Both the position numbers and the translations under genes were made by a program. A stretch of DNA of 40,820 bases from Acidobacteriota bacterium. GTDB taxonomy: Bacteria > Acidobacteriota > Blastocatellia > HR10 > JACQTD01. The number at the start of each line of letters is the position of its first letter. The stretch's first letter is position 1. Positions 1 to 9,883 of the stretch are shown here, in pieces. A model generated the notes under the pieces. The model was not told the origin of the DNA and searched no databases. It worked only from the letters and a program-made list of their open reading frames with translations. Where the stretch lies: contig JACQTD010000082.1 in NCBI GenBank assembly GCA_016210985.1, positions 1 to 40,820 on the forward strand, given 5' to 3'.

Positions 1-77
1 GGCTGATGCCGGTGAAGCCGTCTGAGCTTGGCAGTGATTCACCCGGCTTCCACCAGGTGCAAATGTAGAAACTCCAG

Positions 78-105
78 ACATCGCGCCCCGGCCGGGGCGC
101 GATGT
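78..105. terminator. Perfect GC-rich hairpin (12-bp stem, GGCC loop). Candidate terminator downstream of rseP and/or of a plus-strand ORF that ends at 66-68.
   Basis: ACATCGCGCCCC-GGCC-GGGGCGCGATGT read directly. It is palindromic, so it folds on either strand. There is no clean U-tract; the minus strand continues TCTGGAGTTTCTACATTT. Confidence 0.3.
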
Positions 106-320
106 GACCCTTCCACGCTAACCCGGTGGCTTCACCACTGGCTTCCAACGTCCCACCGAAGCTGTGAAGAAATTGATTCTCTGTGGCCAATGAACCCCGC
201 ACTCCCTTCCGGCTCTCCGAGCCTGGCTGATTCAAGAGTCAAATACTTCACGACTTCTCCGGGACAGAATCCGAGCGCGGAAGAGTACACTCTCAGGGGA
301 CGAGTCGAAAAAGGCGTGAC

Positions 321-1715
321 TCATCGCTGGGCGGGTTCTTGAACGACGGGCGGGCGCGTGTCCGACCGTTGAACGAGCTTGATGACATCGGAGTAGATGA
401 TGTATCCCATAAACAGCATGATCGCCGCGAGGCCGGCGGTCTGAATCCGTTCCCTCAGTTTCAGGCTGACCTTCCGGCCGGCCAATCCAAAGACCGATTC
501 GAGCAGGAGCATGAAAACATGCCCGCCATCCAGCACCGGAATGGGTAACAGGTTGAATACCCCCAGCCCCATGCTGAACATCGCCATCATTTCCAGCAGC
601 GGCAGGATTCCCTGTTGAGCAACCTTGCCCGACATCTGGGCCATGGCTACCGGTCCGGCAAAGGTATCCCTGACTTTTCGCTCGCCCCGGAAGATCTGAC
701 TCACGGCTTCCTGCAGGAGCCATAGGTTGCGCTCGCTCTGTCGAAGCGATTCCCTCAGGGCCTGCGACGGGGCCAGGCGACCCTGGATCATCCGCGGATC
801 GGGGACATCGCGCGGCCGGAATCCGATTCGCCCCACTCCCCCGTCATCGCGTGGCGTCATTTCGAGTGACAGAAGCTGGTCTCCGCGCATGACTTTGAAG
901 TGAAGGGGCTTTCCGGCATTTGCGCCGACCACGGTGACGACCTCATGGAAATGCGAAATGCGCGCTCCTTCGATCTCCACGATCTTGTCGCCGGGTTGCA
1001 GACCGGCCTGTTTCGCGGGATATCCATCCTCGACCTGGCCCACCAGGGCTCCGTCTCCCGGAAAAAGCGGGAGCATGCCGCTGACGCCCAGGGTCTCCGC
1101 CTGTTCTCGCCTGGCCTCGAGCCGCAGCGCCAGTTCCATGGACTGCCCGGTTCGCACAATCTCCACCGGGATCTCGGCATTCGGATTGATCAGGGTGAGG
1201 TCTTCGACCTGAGTCCAGGTCGGATCTCGAACGTCCTCGTACCGGAGAATCAGATCCCCGGGGACAATACCGGCCCGGGCCGCCGGCGATCCGGGCACGA
1301 CGAACCCCACCTTTGCGGGTTCGATCTTGTAGGCCGGCATCTCGAAGCTGACCATGAACAAAATGGTGGGGAGCAGAACGGCAAGCAGTACATTCGCCGC
1401 CGGTCCCGCGAGGAATACCAGTAGCCGCTGCCAGCGAGGTTTGGCCACCAGCGAATCGGGCGCGATCTCACCCGGTTCCATCTCCTCGGGATTTTCGCCC
1501 AGCATTTTGACGTATCCACCCAGAGGAATGGCACTTATCCGATAGTCGGTGCCGTTTCTGGTGAATCCGATCAGGCGCGGACCGAATCCGATGCTGAACG
1601 TCTCCACGCGCACGCCGAAAAACTTGGCCACCGAAAAGTGGCCGAGTTCGTGAATAAAGACCAGGACAGCAATCACGAAAATGAATGCCGGTATGATAAA
1701 AGGGAGATTTTCCAC
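321..1715 (-). CDS. rseP: RIP metalloprotease RseP (site-2 protease, M50 family) with PDZ region
   Basis: HELGHF zinc motif lies in the first hydrophobic segment and NLLPIPVLDGGH lies near the C-terminus, with a PDZ-like middle region. The ORF is open to 1814. GTG at 1713-1715, preceded by GGAGA (1722-1726, 6-nt spacer), gives the canonical short N-terminus. Position after dxr matches the conserved uppS-cdsA-dxr-rseP order. Confidence 0.9.
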   Translation of the reverse strand: MENLPFIIPAFIFVIAVLVFIHELGHFSVAKFFGVRVETFSIGFGPRLIGFTRNGTDYRISAIPLGGYVKMLGENPEEMEPGEIAPDSLVAKPRWQRLLVFLAGPAANVLLAVLLPTILFMVSFEMPAYKIEPAKVGFVVPGSPAARAGIVPGDLILRYEDVRDPTWTQVEDLTLINPNAEIPVEIVRTGQSMELALRLEARREQAETLGVSGMLPLFPGDGALVGQVEDGYPAKQAGLQPGDKIVEIEGARISHFHEVVTVVGANAGKPLHFKVMRGDQLLSLEMTPRDDGGVGRIGFRPRDVPDPRMIQGRLAPSQALRESLRQSERNLWLLQEAVSQIFRGERKVRDTFAGPVAMAQMSGKVAQQGILPLLEMMAMFSMGLGVFNLLPIPVLDGGHVFMLLLESVFGLAGRKVSLKLRERIQTAGLAAIMLFMGYIIYSDVIKLVQRSDTRPPVVQEPAQR

Positions 1716-1779
1716 TAGCGTTCTCCGGGACGGGTTCGAAACTAAGGGTTTCTGGCCGTCAACCTCACCAAAACGATCA

Positions 1780-1809
1780 ATTTTAAAGGAAGGTTCGGCA
1801 CAAGTCCAA
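1780..1809 (-). promoter_or_regulatory. Candidate sigma70-type promoter for rseP (TTGGAC - 18 nt - TAAAAT)
   Basis: Minus strand reads TTGGAC (1809-1804), an 18-nt spacer, then TAAAAT (1785-1780). It lies in the AT-richer 105-bp gap between the dxr stop and the preferred rseP GTG start. Sequence match only. Confidence 0.25.
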
Positions 1810-1820
1810 CACAACCCGCG

Positions 1821-3008
1821 CTAATCCCAGCGGGGAGCGCAGGACAACAGCCGCCGGGCGCGCGAACGGGCCCACTGGTCCGCGCCGAGGACATGATCCA
1901 GCGATTCAATCGATTCCGGGATGTGCTCGTCGAGTATCCGCCTGATCATCCGGGGAATTTCGGTGAAGGTCAATCCACCATCGAGAAACGCCTGCACGGC
2001 CACTTCATTTGCGGCATTGAGCACCGCGGGAGCGGTGCCCGAGCGGGACATCGCCTCGTAGGCCAGACCCAGACACGGGAAACGGTCGAAGTCGGGCGAT
2101 TCGAATTCGAGCCTTCCCGCCCCGGCCAGATCGAGCCGCGGGAGGCTTGTCGGCATCCGCTCGGGATAGGTCAATGCGTATTGGATTGCGAATCGCATGT
2201 CGGTCACGCCCAGCTGCGCGATCATCGAACCATCGACGAACTCGACCATCGAATGAACAATGGACTGTGGATGGATCAGGACATCGATCTGCTCCGCCGG
2301 GAATCCAAACAGCCAGGAGGCCTCGATGACCTCCAGCCCTTTGTTCATGAGCGTCGCGCAGTCGATGGTGATCTTCGGACCCATCACCCACGTGGGATGC
2401 CGGAGCGCGGCCTCCACCGTGATCCCGGAGAAGTCCTCGGCCGGGAGTGCCCGGAAGGGGCCGCCGGACGCCGTCAACACCAGGCGAGCGACCTCCGATC
2501 GACTGGCCCCATGCAGACACTGATGAAGCGCGTTGTGCTCACTGTCGATAGGGATCAGGGCGGCCCCGGTCTCCTTCGCCTTCCTCGTCATGAGCTGGCC
2601 GGCGACCACCAGCGTTTCCTTGTTCGCCAGGGTGACGCACTTGCCGAGTTCGAGCGCCCGGTAGGTCGGGGGCAGCCCCAGCGCCCCCACCAGCGCGGCC
2701 ACTACGAAATCGATCTCCGCCGCTTCCACGCAGTCGATCAGTCCCTCGGTCCCGCAGCCGAGTTCAGGCAGTGGACCGCTTACGCCGGCGTTCCAGCGCG
2801 AGCGAAGCTCATCCAGTTCGGACGGTCCGGCAACCGCAACATACTTGGGACTGAACTCGATGATTTGCTCGACGAGCCGGTCTATCCTGCGGCCGGCCGC
2901 CATCGTCACGATCTCAAACCGGTCCTTCAGGCGCCGAACCACGTCGAGCGTGCTCCCGCCGATAGAGCCGGTGGAACCAAGCAGCGCAATCCGAGTTCGC
3001 TTCTCCAT
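1821..3008 (-). CDS. dxr: 1-deoxy-D-xylulose-5-phosphate reductoisomerase
   Basis: N-terminal IALLGSTGSIGGSTLDV NADPH-binding motif, LANKE, IDSEHNA and HPxW-type motifs. 395 aa is the typical length. Confidence 0.95.
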   Translation of the reverse strand: MEKRTRIALLGSTGSIGGSTLDVVRRLKDRFEIVTMAAGRRIDRLVEQIIEFSPKYVAVAGPSELDELRSRWNAGVSGPLPELGCGTEGLIDCVEAAEIDFVVAALVGALGLPPTYRALELGKCVTLANKETLVVAGQLMTRKAKETGAALIPIDSEHNALHQCLHGASRSEVARLVLTASGGPFRALPAEDFSGITVEAALRHPTWVMGPKITIDCATLMNKGLEVIEASWLFGFPAEQIDVLIHPQSIVHSMVEFVDGSMIAQLGVTDMRFAIQYALTYPERMPTSLPRLDLAGAGRLEFESPDFDRFPCLGLAYEAMSRSGTAPAVLNAANEVAVQAFLDGGLTFTEIPRMIRRILDEHIPESIESLDHVLGADQWARSRARRLLSCAPRWD

Positions 3009-3012
3009 AGGA

Positions 3013-3822
3013 TCAAGCCAGCAGGAAACGATAGTAGTAATAAAGCACCGGCGCGCTGAAGACCAGACTGTCGAGCCGATCCAGGAATCCGCCGTGGCCG
3101 GGTATGGTCCCGCCGGAATCCTTCATCTGGGCGCCTCGCTTGAGCATCGACTCACAAAGGTCGCCCAGAATGCCGGCGAAGCCGAGAAGGAGACTCAAAC
3201 TGAAGACGTGAATCCAGGGAAGGTCTTGGAAGAACCAGAGTCGGCCGATTACGCCTCCAAGCAGCCCGATCAGCATACCTCCGGCGGCTCCCTCCACCGT
3301 CTTGCCGGGACTCACATTCGGAGCCAGCTTCTTCCTGCCGAGGAGCCGTCCGGTGACGTAGGCGCCGGTATCGCCCGCCCATACGATCAGAAACAGGATC
3401 GACAGGAGCTGCGCCGAGCGTTCCCCGCCGGCGTCGATCATGCGCAACGCGATGAAGTACCCGAGGAGTAATCCGATGTAGAGGACGCCGCTGGTCGTCA
3501 TCGCCACCGACGCCAAGGCCGCGTCGAACGAGCGCCGGCGAGCGAGGGCTACGATCATCGCCAGCATCTGCATCAAGGCGAGCAGGGCCACCGCGGCGCC
3601 CGGGCTGTCGACCGCGAACGCGCCGAGCAGGCCAAAGGTGGCTACGGTCCCGAGAAGCGACTCTGGATTCCCGCCGGAGCGCTCCGCCATCATGTAATAC
3701 TCCCGAATCGCGAACAGCGCGGTCAGGAAGATTATAATAATGAAAGGCGCCGGGCTCCGGGACCACCAGATGAGATATACAAGGAACGGAATAAATACCA
3801 GGGCTGTTACGACGCGTTTCAA
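3013..3822 (-). CDS. cdsA: Phosphatidate cytidylyltransferase
   Basis: Polytopic membrane protein with the C-terminal CDS signature SMLKRGAQMKDSGGTIPGHGGFLDRLDS. Its start overlaps the uppS stop by 4 nt. Confidence 0.9.
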   Translation of the reverse strand: MKRVVTALVFIPFLVYLIWWSRSPAPFIIIIFLTALFAIREYYMMAERSGGNPESLLGTVATFGLLGAFAVDSPGAAVALLALMQMLAMIVALARRRSFDAALASVAMTTSGVLYIGLLLGYFIALRMIDAGGERSAQLLSILFLIVWAGDTGAYVTGRLLGRKKLAPNVSPGKTVEGAAGGMLIGLLGGVIGRLWFFQDLPWIHVFSLSLLLGFAGILGDLCESMLKRGAQMKDSGGTIPGHGGFLDRLDSLVFSAPVLYYYYRFLLA

Positions 3823-4646
3823 ATGAGGCCCAGTTTCCGCGTCAGGATCGGCCCGGCGCCCGACACCGTGGGTTCCAGCACGCCGCCGTAACGGCGCTCG
3901 CGCCGCTGGTACTCAAGAATGGCGGTCAGGAAATCGGTGCGGCGAAAATCGGGCCAGAAGGTGTCGGTCACATAGATCTCGCTGTAGGCGACCTGCCAAA
4001 GCATGAAGTTGCTCAGCCGCATCTCCCCGCTTGTGCGAATCAGCAGATCCGGATCCGGGAGCCCCGCGGTATAGAGATGCCGGTCCAGCATCGGTTCATC
4101 GATCTCACCCGGGCCGACTTCGCCCCGGCGGACCGCCCCGGCGATCGATCGTATGGCGTCGATCAGTTCCGCGCGACCGCTGTAGTTGAGACCGATATTG
4201 AGCTGCATGCCCGTATTTTCCGCGGTCTCGAGCATGCCTTCGTGCAGTCCCCGCTGAATATCGGGATCGAGCTCCTCGATCCGGCCGATCACACGGAACC
4301 TGATATTGTTCTTCTTGATGGCGATCAATTCCCTGCGCATGTATTCGCGAAGCAGCGCCATCAGCGCCTGTACTTCGGCGTCCGGCCGCTTCCAGTTCTC
4401 CGTCGAGAAGGCATAGAGGGTGAGCACCGGGATACCCAGGCGAGCCGAAGTCTCCACTACCGCACGAACAGACTCGGCGCCGGCGCGATGGCCGGCGGCT
4501 CGAGGCCGGCGGCGGCGGGCCGCCCAGCGCCCGTTGCCGTCCATGATCACCGCCACGTGCCTCGGCAGTTTTTCCTGATCGATCTGGAGCAGCAGCCGCT
4601 CGTCGTGCGAACCCTGCTTGACGATGCCTTCAAAGTCCTTGAGCAT
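3819..4646 (-). CDS. uppS: Isoprenyl transferase / undecaprenyl-diphosphate synthase
   Basis: HVAVIMDGNGRWA and RTSGEMRLSNFMLWQVAYSE motifs of cis-prenyltransferases. Confidence 0.93.
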   Translation of the reverse strand: MLKDFEGIVKQGSHDERLLLQIDQEKLPRHVAVIMDGNGRWAARRRRPRAAGHRAGAESVRAVVETSARLGIPVLTLYAFSTENWKRPDAEVQALMALLREYMRRELIAIKKNNIRFRVIGRIEELDPDIQRGLHEGMLETAENTGMQLNIGLNYSGRAELIDAIRSIAGAVRRGEVGPGEIDEPMLDRHLYTAGLPDPDLLIRTSGEMRLSNFMLWQVAYSEIYVTDTFWPDFRRTDFLTAILEYQRRERRYGGVLEPTVSGAGPILTRKLGLI

Positions 4647-4706
4647 GCGCGTGACCGGAGCGGCCGCCGGGGCCCGTGATGCGGGCGCCGCCGGAACCTC
4701 CCTATC

Positions 4707-5441
4707 CTAGTAATCGACTTTCATCAGAGTCAAGCCTCGTGCCGGAAGCGAAGGCGTCAGGTTGTTCGGGCGAGGCCGGTCCAATAGATCCGCGAAGTCC
4801 CTCAACTCCAGTTTCCCCCGGCCCAGCGCGTAGAGGCCGCTGCTCAGGCGCCTCACCATCGAGCGCAGGAAACCGTCGCCGGCGATCGTGAACGAGACCA
4901 GTTCGCCCTCCACGCTCCAATGCGCCGACTCGATCCTGCGAATCGTGCTGCCCGCCCGCTCCGCGCCGCAGGCGAAGGAGGCGAAATCGTGTTCTCCCGT
5001 AAGCAAGCGTGCTCCCTCATTCATTCCGGCCAAATCGAGGGGCCGAGGCGAGTGCCAAACGTAACGATGGATAAACGGGCTCACTACCGCGCCCAGAAAG
5101 ATCTGGTAACGATAGTGTTTCAGGCGGGCGTTCCGGCGGGCGTGGAAACGCTCCTCGACTTCCTCCAATTGCATCACCCGGATCGCGGCCGGGAGATGGC
5201 CGTTCAGCGCCCGTTGCAGCTCGTCGAGCGCCATCGGCTTGTCAGTATGAGAGCTGGCCACCTGGCCGAGCGCGTGCACACCGGCGTCGGTTCTACCCGA
5301 ACCGTCGATCGTGACCGGCCCGCCGTCGATCCTCCCCAGCACTTCGGTCAGGCGTCCCTGAATGGTCGGCCGCCCGGGCTGAATCTGCCAGCCGGCGAAG
5401 TCGGTGCCGTCATACTGCACCACCATCTTCAGATTCCGCAT
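4707..5441 (-). CDS. truA: tRNA pseudouridine(38-40) synthase TruA
   Basis: N-terminal YDGTDFAGWQ motif and the catalytic-Asp motif GRTDAGVHA. 244 aa. Confidence 0.92.
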   Translation of the reverse strand: MRNLKMVVQYDGTDFAGWQIQPGRPTIQGRLTEVLGRIDGGPVTIDGSGRTDAGVHALGQVASSHTDKPMALDELQRALNGHLPAAIRVMQLEEVEERFHARRNARLKHYRYQIFLGAVVSPFIHRYVWHSPRPLDLAGMNEGARLLTGEHDFASFACGAERAGSTIRRIESAHWSVEGELVSFTIAGDGFLRSMVRRLSSGLYALGRGKLELRDFADLLDRPRPNNLTPSLPARGLTLMKVDY

Positions 5442-6025
5442 GTCGTCTGACGGGAACCGGGCGCATCGATGGGAAGCTGCCGGCGGCAGAGCGGGCAGTC
5501 CGAGGGATCATACGTCGGAATCTCCAGGCGCAGGAGACTGATCAGCGGTAGTTCAAGCGGCCAGGGATTTCCGCCCCGGCGGTCCACCAGGGCCGCCACG
5601 GAGGCGACTTCTCCGCCGAGCCGGCTTACGATCGCCGCCACTTCGCGAAGCGATTCTCCGGTCGTCACCACATCTTCGACGAGGAGCACCCGAGCACCGG
5701 CGCTGATTCCGAATCCGCGCCGCAGCGACATCATGCCTGCCTTTCTTTCCGCGAAAACCGACCGGGTGCCCAGCGCGCGGGCCAATTCATGTGCAATGAT
5801 CACTCCGCCGAGGGCCGGCCCGACGACCACGTCGACGTGCCCGGCGTCGATCAGGGCGGCCAGCCGATTCCCCAGTCTTGCCGCCGTCTCCGGATACTGT
5901 AAAACCAGCGCGCATTGGAGGTAGCGCTCGCTGTGGAGTCCGGACGAGAGCACGAAATGACCGTCCAGTATGGCGCCGCACTCACGAAACAGCGCCAGTA
6001 CCTCAGGCTCGCGATCAGCGGTCAT
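5429..6025 (-). CDS. pyrE: Orotate phosphoribosyltransferase
   Basis: GHFVLSSGLHS N-terminal motif and the PRPP-binding loop VLLVEDVVTTGES. 198 aa. Confidence 0.9.
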   Translation of the reverse strand: MTADREPEVLALFRECGAILDGHFVLSSGLHSERYLQCALVLQYPETAARLGNRLAALIDAGHVDVVVGPALGGVIIAHELARALGTRSVFAERKAGMMSLRRGFGISAGARVLLVEDVVTTGESLREVAAIVSRLGGEVASVAALVDRRGGNPWPLELPLISLLRLEIPTYDPSDCPLCRRQLPIDAPGSRQTTCGI

Positions 6026-6049
6026 CGTCGGATGGCGAACCGGATCCGG

Positions 6050-9000
6050 TCAGGAGGGTTCCAGCTCCGACGCGGACAACGGCCGCTGCCCGGCCGGTTC
6101 TTGCAGCGGGGGAAGCAGGAGGTCCTCCTCGGCCGGTGTCGCGCTTTCGGCCGCCGCCGCGCGGTCGTCGGGAAGGGATACGGAGGTCATGGCGCGCGGC
6201 GCCTGCCGCAGTTTCGCCCGGAGCCGTTTCATGAGATTTTCGGTCGCAAAATCCAGCTCCCGGCTGAACGAAGTCGTCTGTGCGATTCTGGGCTCCGTCT
6301 TCTGTTGAATCGCCTTCTGGTAGGCGCCATTGGCCCCGCTCAAATCGCCCTTCGTATAAAGCGCCCGACCGAGATCATTGTACGCCTCGGCGAATACGCC
6401 GCGGCGCTGTTCGATCGCTTTGCGGTATTCGGCGACCGCGCGTTCCGTTTCGCCCCGTCGCGCGAGTATCCGGCCGCGTTGGTGGTGTGCCTCAGGATAC
6501 CGGTCGTTACTCGCCTTGATCGCTACGCCGAAGCAGGCGAGGGCGTCGTCCAGTTTCCCTTTGCGCACCCACAGGAGTCCCAGTTCGTAGTGGGCTTCCG
6601 GGAAGCGGGCTTCGCCCGCGGTGCCGAGTCGCAGGGCCTTGGCCTCGGCCTCGACCGCGGCATCGAGCTCACCCACGGTTCCATACGCGCGGCCCAGCCA
6701 GTAGTAAACTTCGGGGTTCGACGGAAGCTCACCGATGGCGTACTCGAATTCATGTATCGCCGGTCCGACTTCCCCTTTCTCGAACAGCGCTCGACCCATG
6801 TCAAAATGGGCTTCAGGAAATCGCCCGCCCCGGTGCTTAATGGCCGAACGATAGGCCTCCACGGCGCGGTCCAGATCGCCCCGCCGGGCATAGGCGAGTC
6901 CCAGATGGTGATAGGCCTCGGGATCCTCGCCTTCGATTTCGATCACGGTCTTGAATGCCGCCATCGCCCCGTCCAGATCGCCGGTGTCCAGCAGCGCCAG
7001 ACCGAGATTGTTGAGCGCGTGCGGGTCCCGTCCGCCGATGCGCTGCAACAGACCGCGGTAGGTTTCGATGGCCTCTTCAACCCGATTCTGTTGAAGTAAC
7101 GCATTACCCAGATTCCGCGCTGCGTCCGGAAACCTGTGACTGGTCTGGGTCAGGGCCGTCTGGTAGGCGGTGATGGCCTTCTCGAACTCCCCCTGGGCAT
7201 AGAGCGCGTTGCCCAGGTGATAGTAGGCCGCCGGGAAATTCCCGCCGAATTCGGCGGCAAGACGGAGCGCGTGCACGGCTTCATCCACCTGACCCAGGTC
7301 AAGATGGATCAGACCGAGGACGTGCTGGGCCTGAGGTGGAGGGTGCGGTGAAGCGCTCACGGCGGCGCGAAGAATCTGGATCGCACCCGTGGCGTCACCC
7401 AGCTCGAACATGGCCGACCCGAGGCCAATGTGGGCCTGGATGAAATCCGGCGCCTGCGCGATCGTCTCACGATACCCGGCGATCGCTTCATCCACGCGTC
7501 CTGACAGCATCAACGCGTTGGCCAGGTCGAACCAGGCCTCCGGATAGGCGCCCTGGCTCTCCTTGATCGCCCCGCGGAAGCAGAGCATGGCCTCATCCAG
7601 CTCTCCGCATTCAACCAGCGCCAGACCGAGATCATGGTGTGCCCGGGCGAAGGCGGGTGAGATTTGCAGCGCAGCACGATACGCTTCGGCTGCCTCCACC
7701 ACGTCTCCCTGCAGGTAGAGAGCCACGCCCAGCGCGTGGTGCGCCTTGGCGAAATCCGGATTCAACACAATCGCGCGGCGGTAAGCCTCGATCGCCTCCG
7801 CGAGCCGGCCGCTCTCCACCAGCGCGCGGCCGAGGTTGTAGTAAGCCGCCGAGAAATTGGACTGCTGGTCGATGGCTACGCGAAACTCGGAGATCGCCGA
7901 CTCCACATCGCCGGCATCGAAATAAGCCCTGCCGAGCGTGTAGTGGGCGTCAGGAAAGTCCTGACGCTGAGAGATCGCCAGTTTCAACGTCGATATCGCC
8001 GCCTCATGGTCTCCAAGGCTGGCGTAGGTTCGGCCCAGGTCCAGATTGGCCTCGGGCCAGGGTCTCGTTCGCGTCTCGATGGCCACACGGAAGGCCTCGA
8101 CCGCATCCTGCTCTCTTCCCATGGTGAAGAAGGCCAGGCCCAGATCACGCGAGGCCTCAGGAAAGCTTTCATGCGATTGTGCGATAGCGTCGCGAAAGGC
8201 GTCGATCGAGCTCTCGAGCCTGCCCAGGCCGAAGAGACAGCGGCCCAGTTGATGGCGCGCCTCGGGATAGTGGTCCGGCCGCTGCGCCATCGCGGTACGA
8301 GCTGACCGTTCGGCCTCTTCCATCTCACCCAGCTCGAGCAGGATCCTCGAGAGGTTGAAATGTGCGTCCGGGAAGTGGGCCCCATCCGCGGTGGCGGATT
8401 GAAGCATCTCCTTCGCGCCCGGCAGATCTCCCTTGAGATAGAGCACTCGCCCCAATTGATTCGCCGCGCGCGGAAAATGTCCGCCAGCGGAGTTGATGGC
8501 GGCCCGGTAGGCCTGTGCCGCTCCTTCCAGATCCTCGCGAAGGAAGAGCAGTTCCGCGAGATCGTAATAACTCTCCGCCAGGTCATAGCCCTGGGCGATG
8601 GACGATCGATATTGTCCGATGGCTCCCGCAATATCTCCGAGCGCGGCGAGCGCCCGGCCCAGCTCCCGCTGTGCCTCCGGAAACTTGTTCTGCCGCTGGG
8701 CGATGGCCTCCTTCAGCGAGCCTACCGCCTCCTCGATCCGGCCGCTGGAGAGATAGAATCTGCCCAGATCGCAATGTGCCTTCGGGAAGAACTGGTTCTG
8801 TGCGGTGGCGCTCCGGCAGGCCTCGATGGCGCGGGTCAGCTCGCCCTTTCTCTCCAACGCCAGCGCCAGCTCGTGGTAGGCGAGCGGATGCACGCCCTTG
8901 CGCTGGTCGATCGCCGTCGTGAGCGAATCAATCGCCCGGTCGAGATGGCCGGTTCGCAACCAGGCTCTGCCGAGGAGAAAGTGGGCGTCGGGGTTGAGCG

Positions 9001-9811
9001 GTCGCTCCCGGAGCGAAGCCCCAAGCGCAGCGATAGCGGCTTCGTGATCGGCCACCGCCAGGTGCGCCCGCCCCAGTTCATAGGATGCCTCAGGATGGTG
9101 GCCGTCCCGCTGGGCTACAGCTGCCATGAGGGAAACTATCGCACCCTGGACATCTCCTTTCCCCATCTGAAGCAAGCCGAGCTGATAATGGACCTCGGGG
9201 CAGGGTCCGCCCGACTGTTCAATGGCCGACTGAAAGCTCTTGACGGCTTCGTCCACATCACCCGAGCGCGCCATGGCCATGGCCAAATGGAAATAGGCGC
9301 GAGGGAAGACGTTTTGGCGTTGGGCGATCGCCTTCTGGTACGCTTCGATCGCTCCCACCAGATCGCCTTTGGCATAGAGGGCCAGTCCAAGGTTGTGGTA
9401 GGCCACGGGATGATGATGATTCCGCTGCTCGATCGATCTTTGATAAGAGGAGATCGCCTGGCCAACCTCTCCGAGGCGCGCGTAGCAAAGCCCAAGATGA
9501 AAGTAAGCCTCCGGCTGGTCGGGTTGCTGCGCGATTGCTTTCTTGAACTCTTCGACGGCCTCATCCACCTGGCCTTGATCGGCCAGCGCCCGCGCCAGGA
9601 AGAAATGCGCGCGCGGGAACCAATCCCTCCGCTGAGTAATGGCGATCTGCAGAAACTCGATGGCGCCGCCAAAATCCCCGTGCTGGTAACGTGACACGCC
9701 TTCCAGAAAGGCGCTCTGCCCGCCGCTCGATCTGATTCCCGTCGCCATTTCAGTACTTAGGCCCGAACGCAGATTGAACGATAGCTCTGCGACCCCAACG
9801 TGATGGAACAT
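6050..9811 (-). CDS. Giant tetratricopeptide-repeat protein (about 30 consecutive TPR units, acidic disordered tail)
   Basis: About 31 recurrences, every 34-36 aa, of the unit [FYH]P[ED]A[HY][FY]xLGxAxxxxGDxxxAIxxYxxAIxQR. No signal peptide or TM segment was seen. An alternative start is M22 (9748). Confidence 0.88.
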   Translation of the reverse strand: MFHHVGVAELSFNLRSGLSTEMATGIRSSGGQSAFLEGVSRYQHGDFGGAIEFLQIAITQRRDWFPRAHFFLARALADQGQVDEAVEEFKKAIAQQPDQPEAYFHLGLCYARLGEVGQAISSYQRSIEQRNHHHPVAYHNLGLALYAKGDLVGAIEAYQKAIAQRQNVFPRAYFHLAMAMARSGDVDEAVKSFQSAIEQSGGPCPEVHYQLGLLQMGKGDVQGAIVSLMAAVAQRDGHHPEASYELGRAHLAVADHEAAIAALGASLRERPLNPDAHFLLGRAWLRTGHLDRAIDSLTTAIDQRKGVHPLAYHELALALERKGELTRAIEACRSATAQNQFFPKAHCDLGRFYLSSGRIEEAVGSLKEAIAQRQNKFPEAQRELGRALAALGDIAGAIGQYRSSIAQGYDLAESYYDLAELLFLREDLEGAAQAYRAAINSAGGHFPRAANQLGRVLYLKGDLPGAKEMLQSATADGAHFPDAHFNLSRILLELGEMEEAERSARTAMAQRPDHYPEARHQLGRCLFGLGRLESSIDAFRDAIAQSHESFPEASRDLGLAFFTMGREQDAVEAFRVAIETRTRPWPEANLDLGRTYASLGDHEAAISTLKLAISQRQDFPDAHYTLGRAYFDAGDVESAISEFRVAIDQQSNFSAAYYNLGRALVESGRLAEAIEAYRRAIVLNPDFAKAHHALGVALYLQGDVVEAAEAYRAALQISPAFARAHHDLGLALVECGELDEAMLCFRGAIKESQGAYPEAWFDLANALMLSGRVDEAIAGYRETIAQAPDFIQAHIGLGSAMFELGDATGAIQILRAAVSASPHPPPQAQHVLGLIHLDLGQVDEAVHALRLAAEFGGNFPAAYYHLGNALYAQGEFEKAITAYQTALTQTSHRFPDAARNLGNALLQQNRVEEAIETYRGLLQRIGGRDPHALNNLGLALLDTGDLDGAMAAFKTVIEIEGEDPEAYHHLGLAYARRGDLDRAVEAYRSAIKHRGGRFPEAHFDMGRALFEKGEVGPAIHEFEYAIGELPSNPEVYYWLGRAYGTVGELDAAVEAEAKALRLGTAGEARFPEAHYELGLLWVRKGKLDDALACFGVAIKASNDRYPEAHHQRGRILARRGETERAVAEYRKAIEQRRGVFAEAYNDLGRALYTKGDLSGANGAYQKAIQQKTEPRIAQTTSFSRELDFATENLMKRLRAKLRQAPRAMTSVSLPDDRAAAAESATPAEEDLLLPPLQEPAGQRPLSASELEPS

Positions 9812-9883
9812 AGCACGTTACGAGACGTATTGTCTAACCGTGCTCCACGCGCGAACCTCCTCCTGGGTGGGACCTGCGCTCCG

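Noticed and set aside
200-228. SRP-RNA-like string on the minus strand (CCAGGCTCGGAGAGCCGGAAGGGAGTGCGG versus 4.5S CCAGGUCAGGUCCGGAAGGAAGCAGCC)
   Set aside because: The conserved AGCA of the symmetric loop and the pairing around the GGAA tetraloop are missing. The resemblance is superficial.
28-342. 104-aa plus-strand ORF at the window start
   Set aside because: The translation is Arg/Cys/His/Trp-rich and unlike a real protein. It overlaps the rseP 3' end and has no RBS.
1893-3059. 388-aa plus-strand ORF antisense to dxr
   Set aside because: The opposite strand encodes an unmistakable Dxr. The translation is Arg/Gly/Pro-rich with no motifs. Long antisense ORFs are expected in high-GC DNA because stop codons are rare.
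5915-9694. Long plus-strand ORFs (5915..7099, 7664..8305, 8360..9694) antisense to the giant TPR gene
   Set aside because: Same reasoning as for the dxr antisense ORF. The minus-strand frame has a regular TPR periodicity over its whole length. The plus-strand translations are low-complexity Arg/Gly/Leu-rich.
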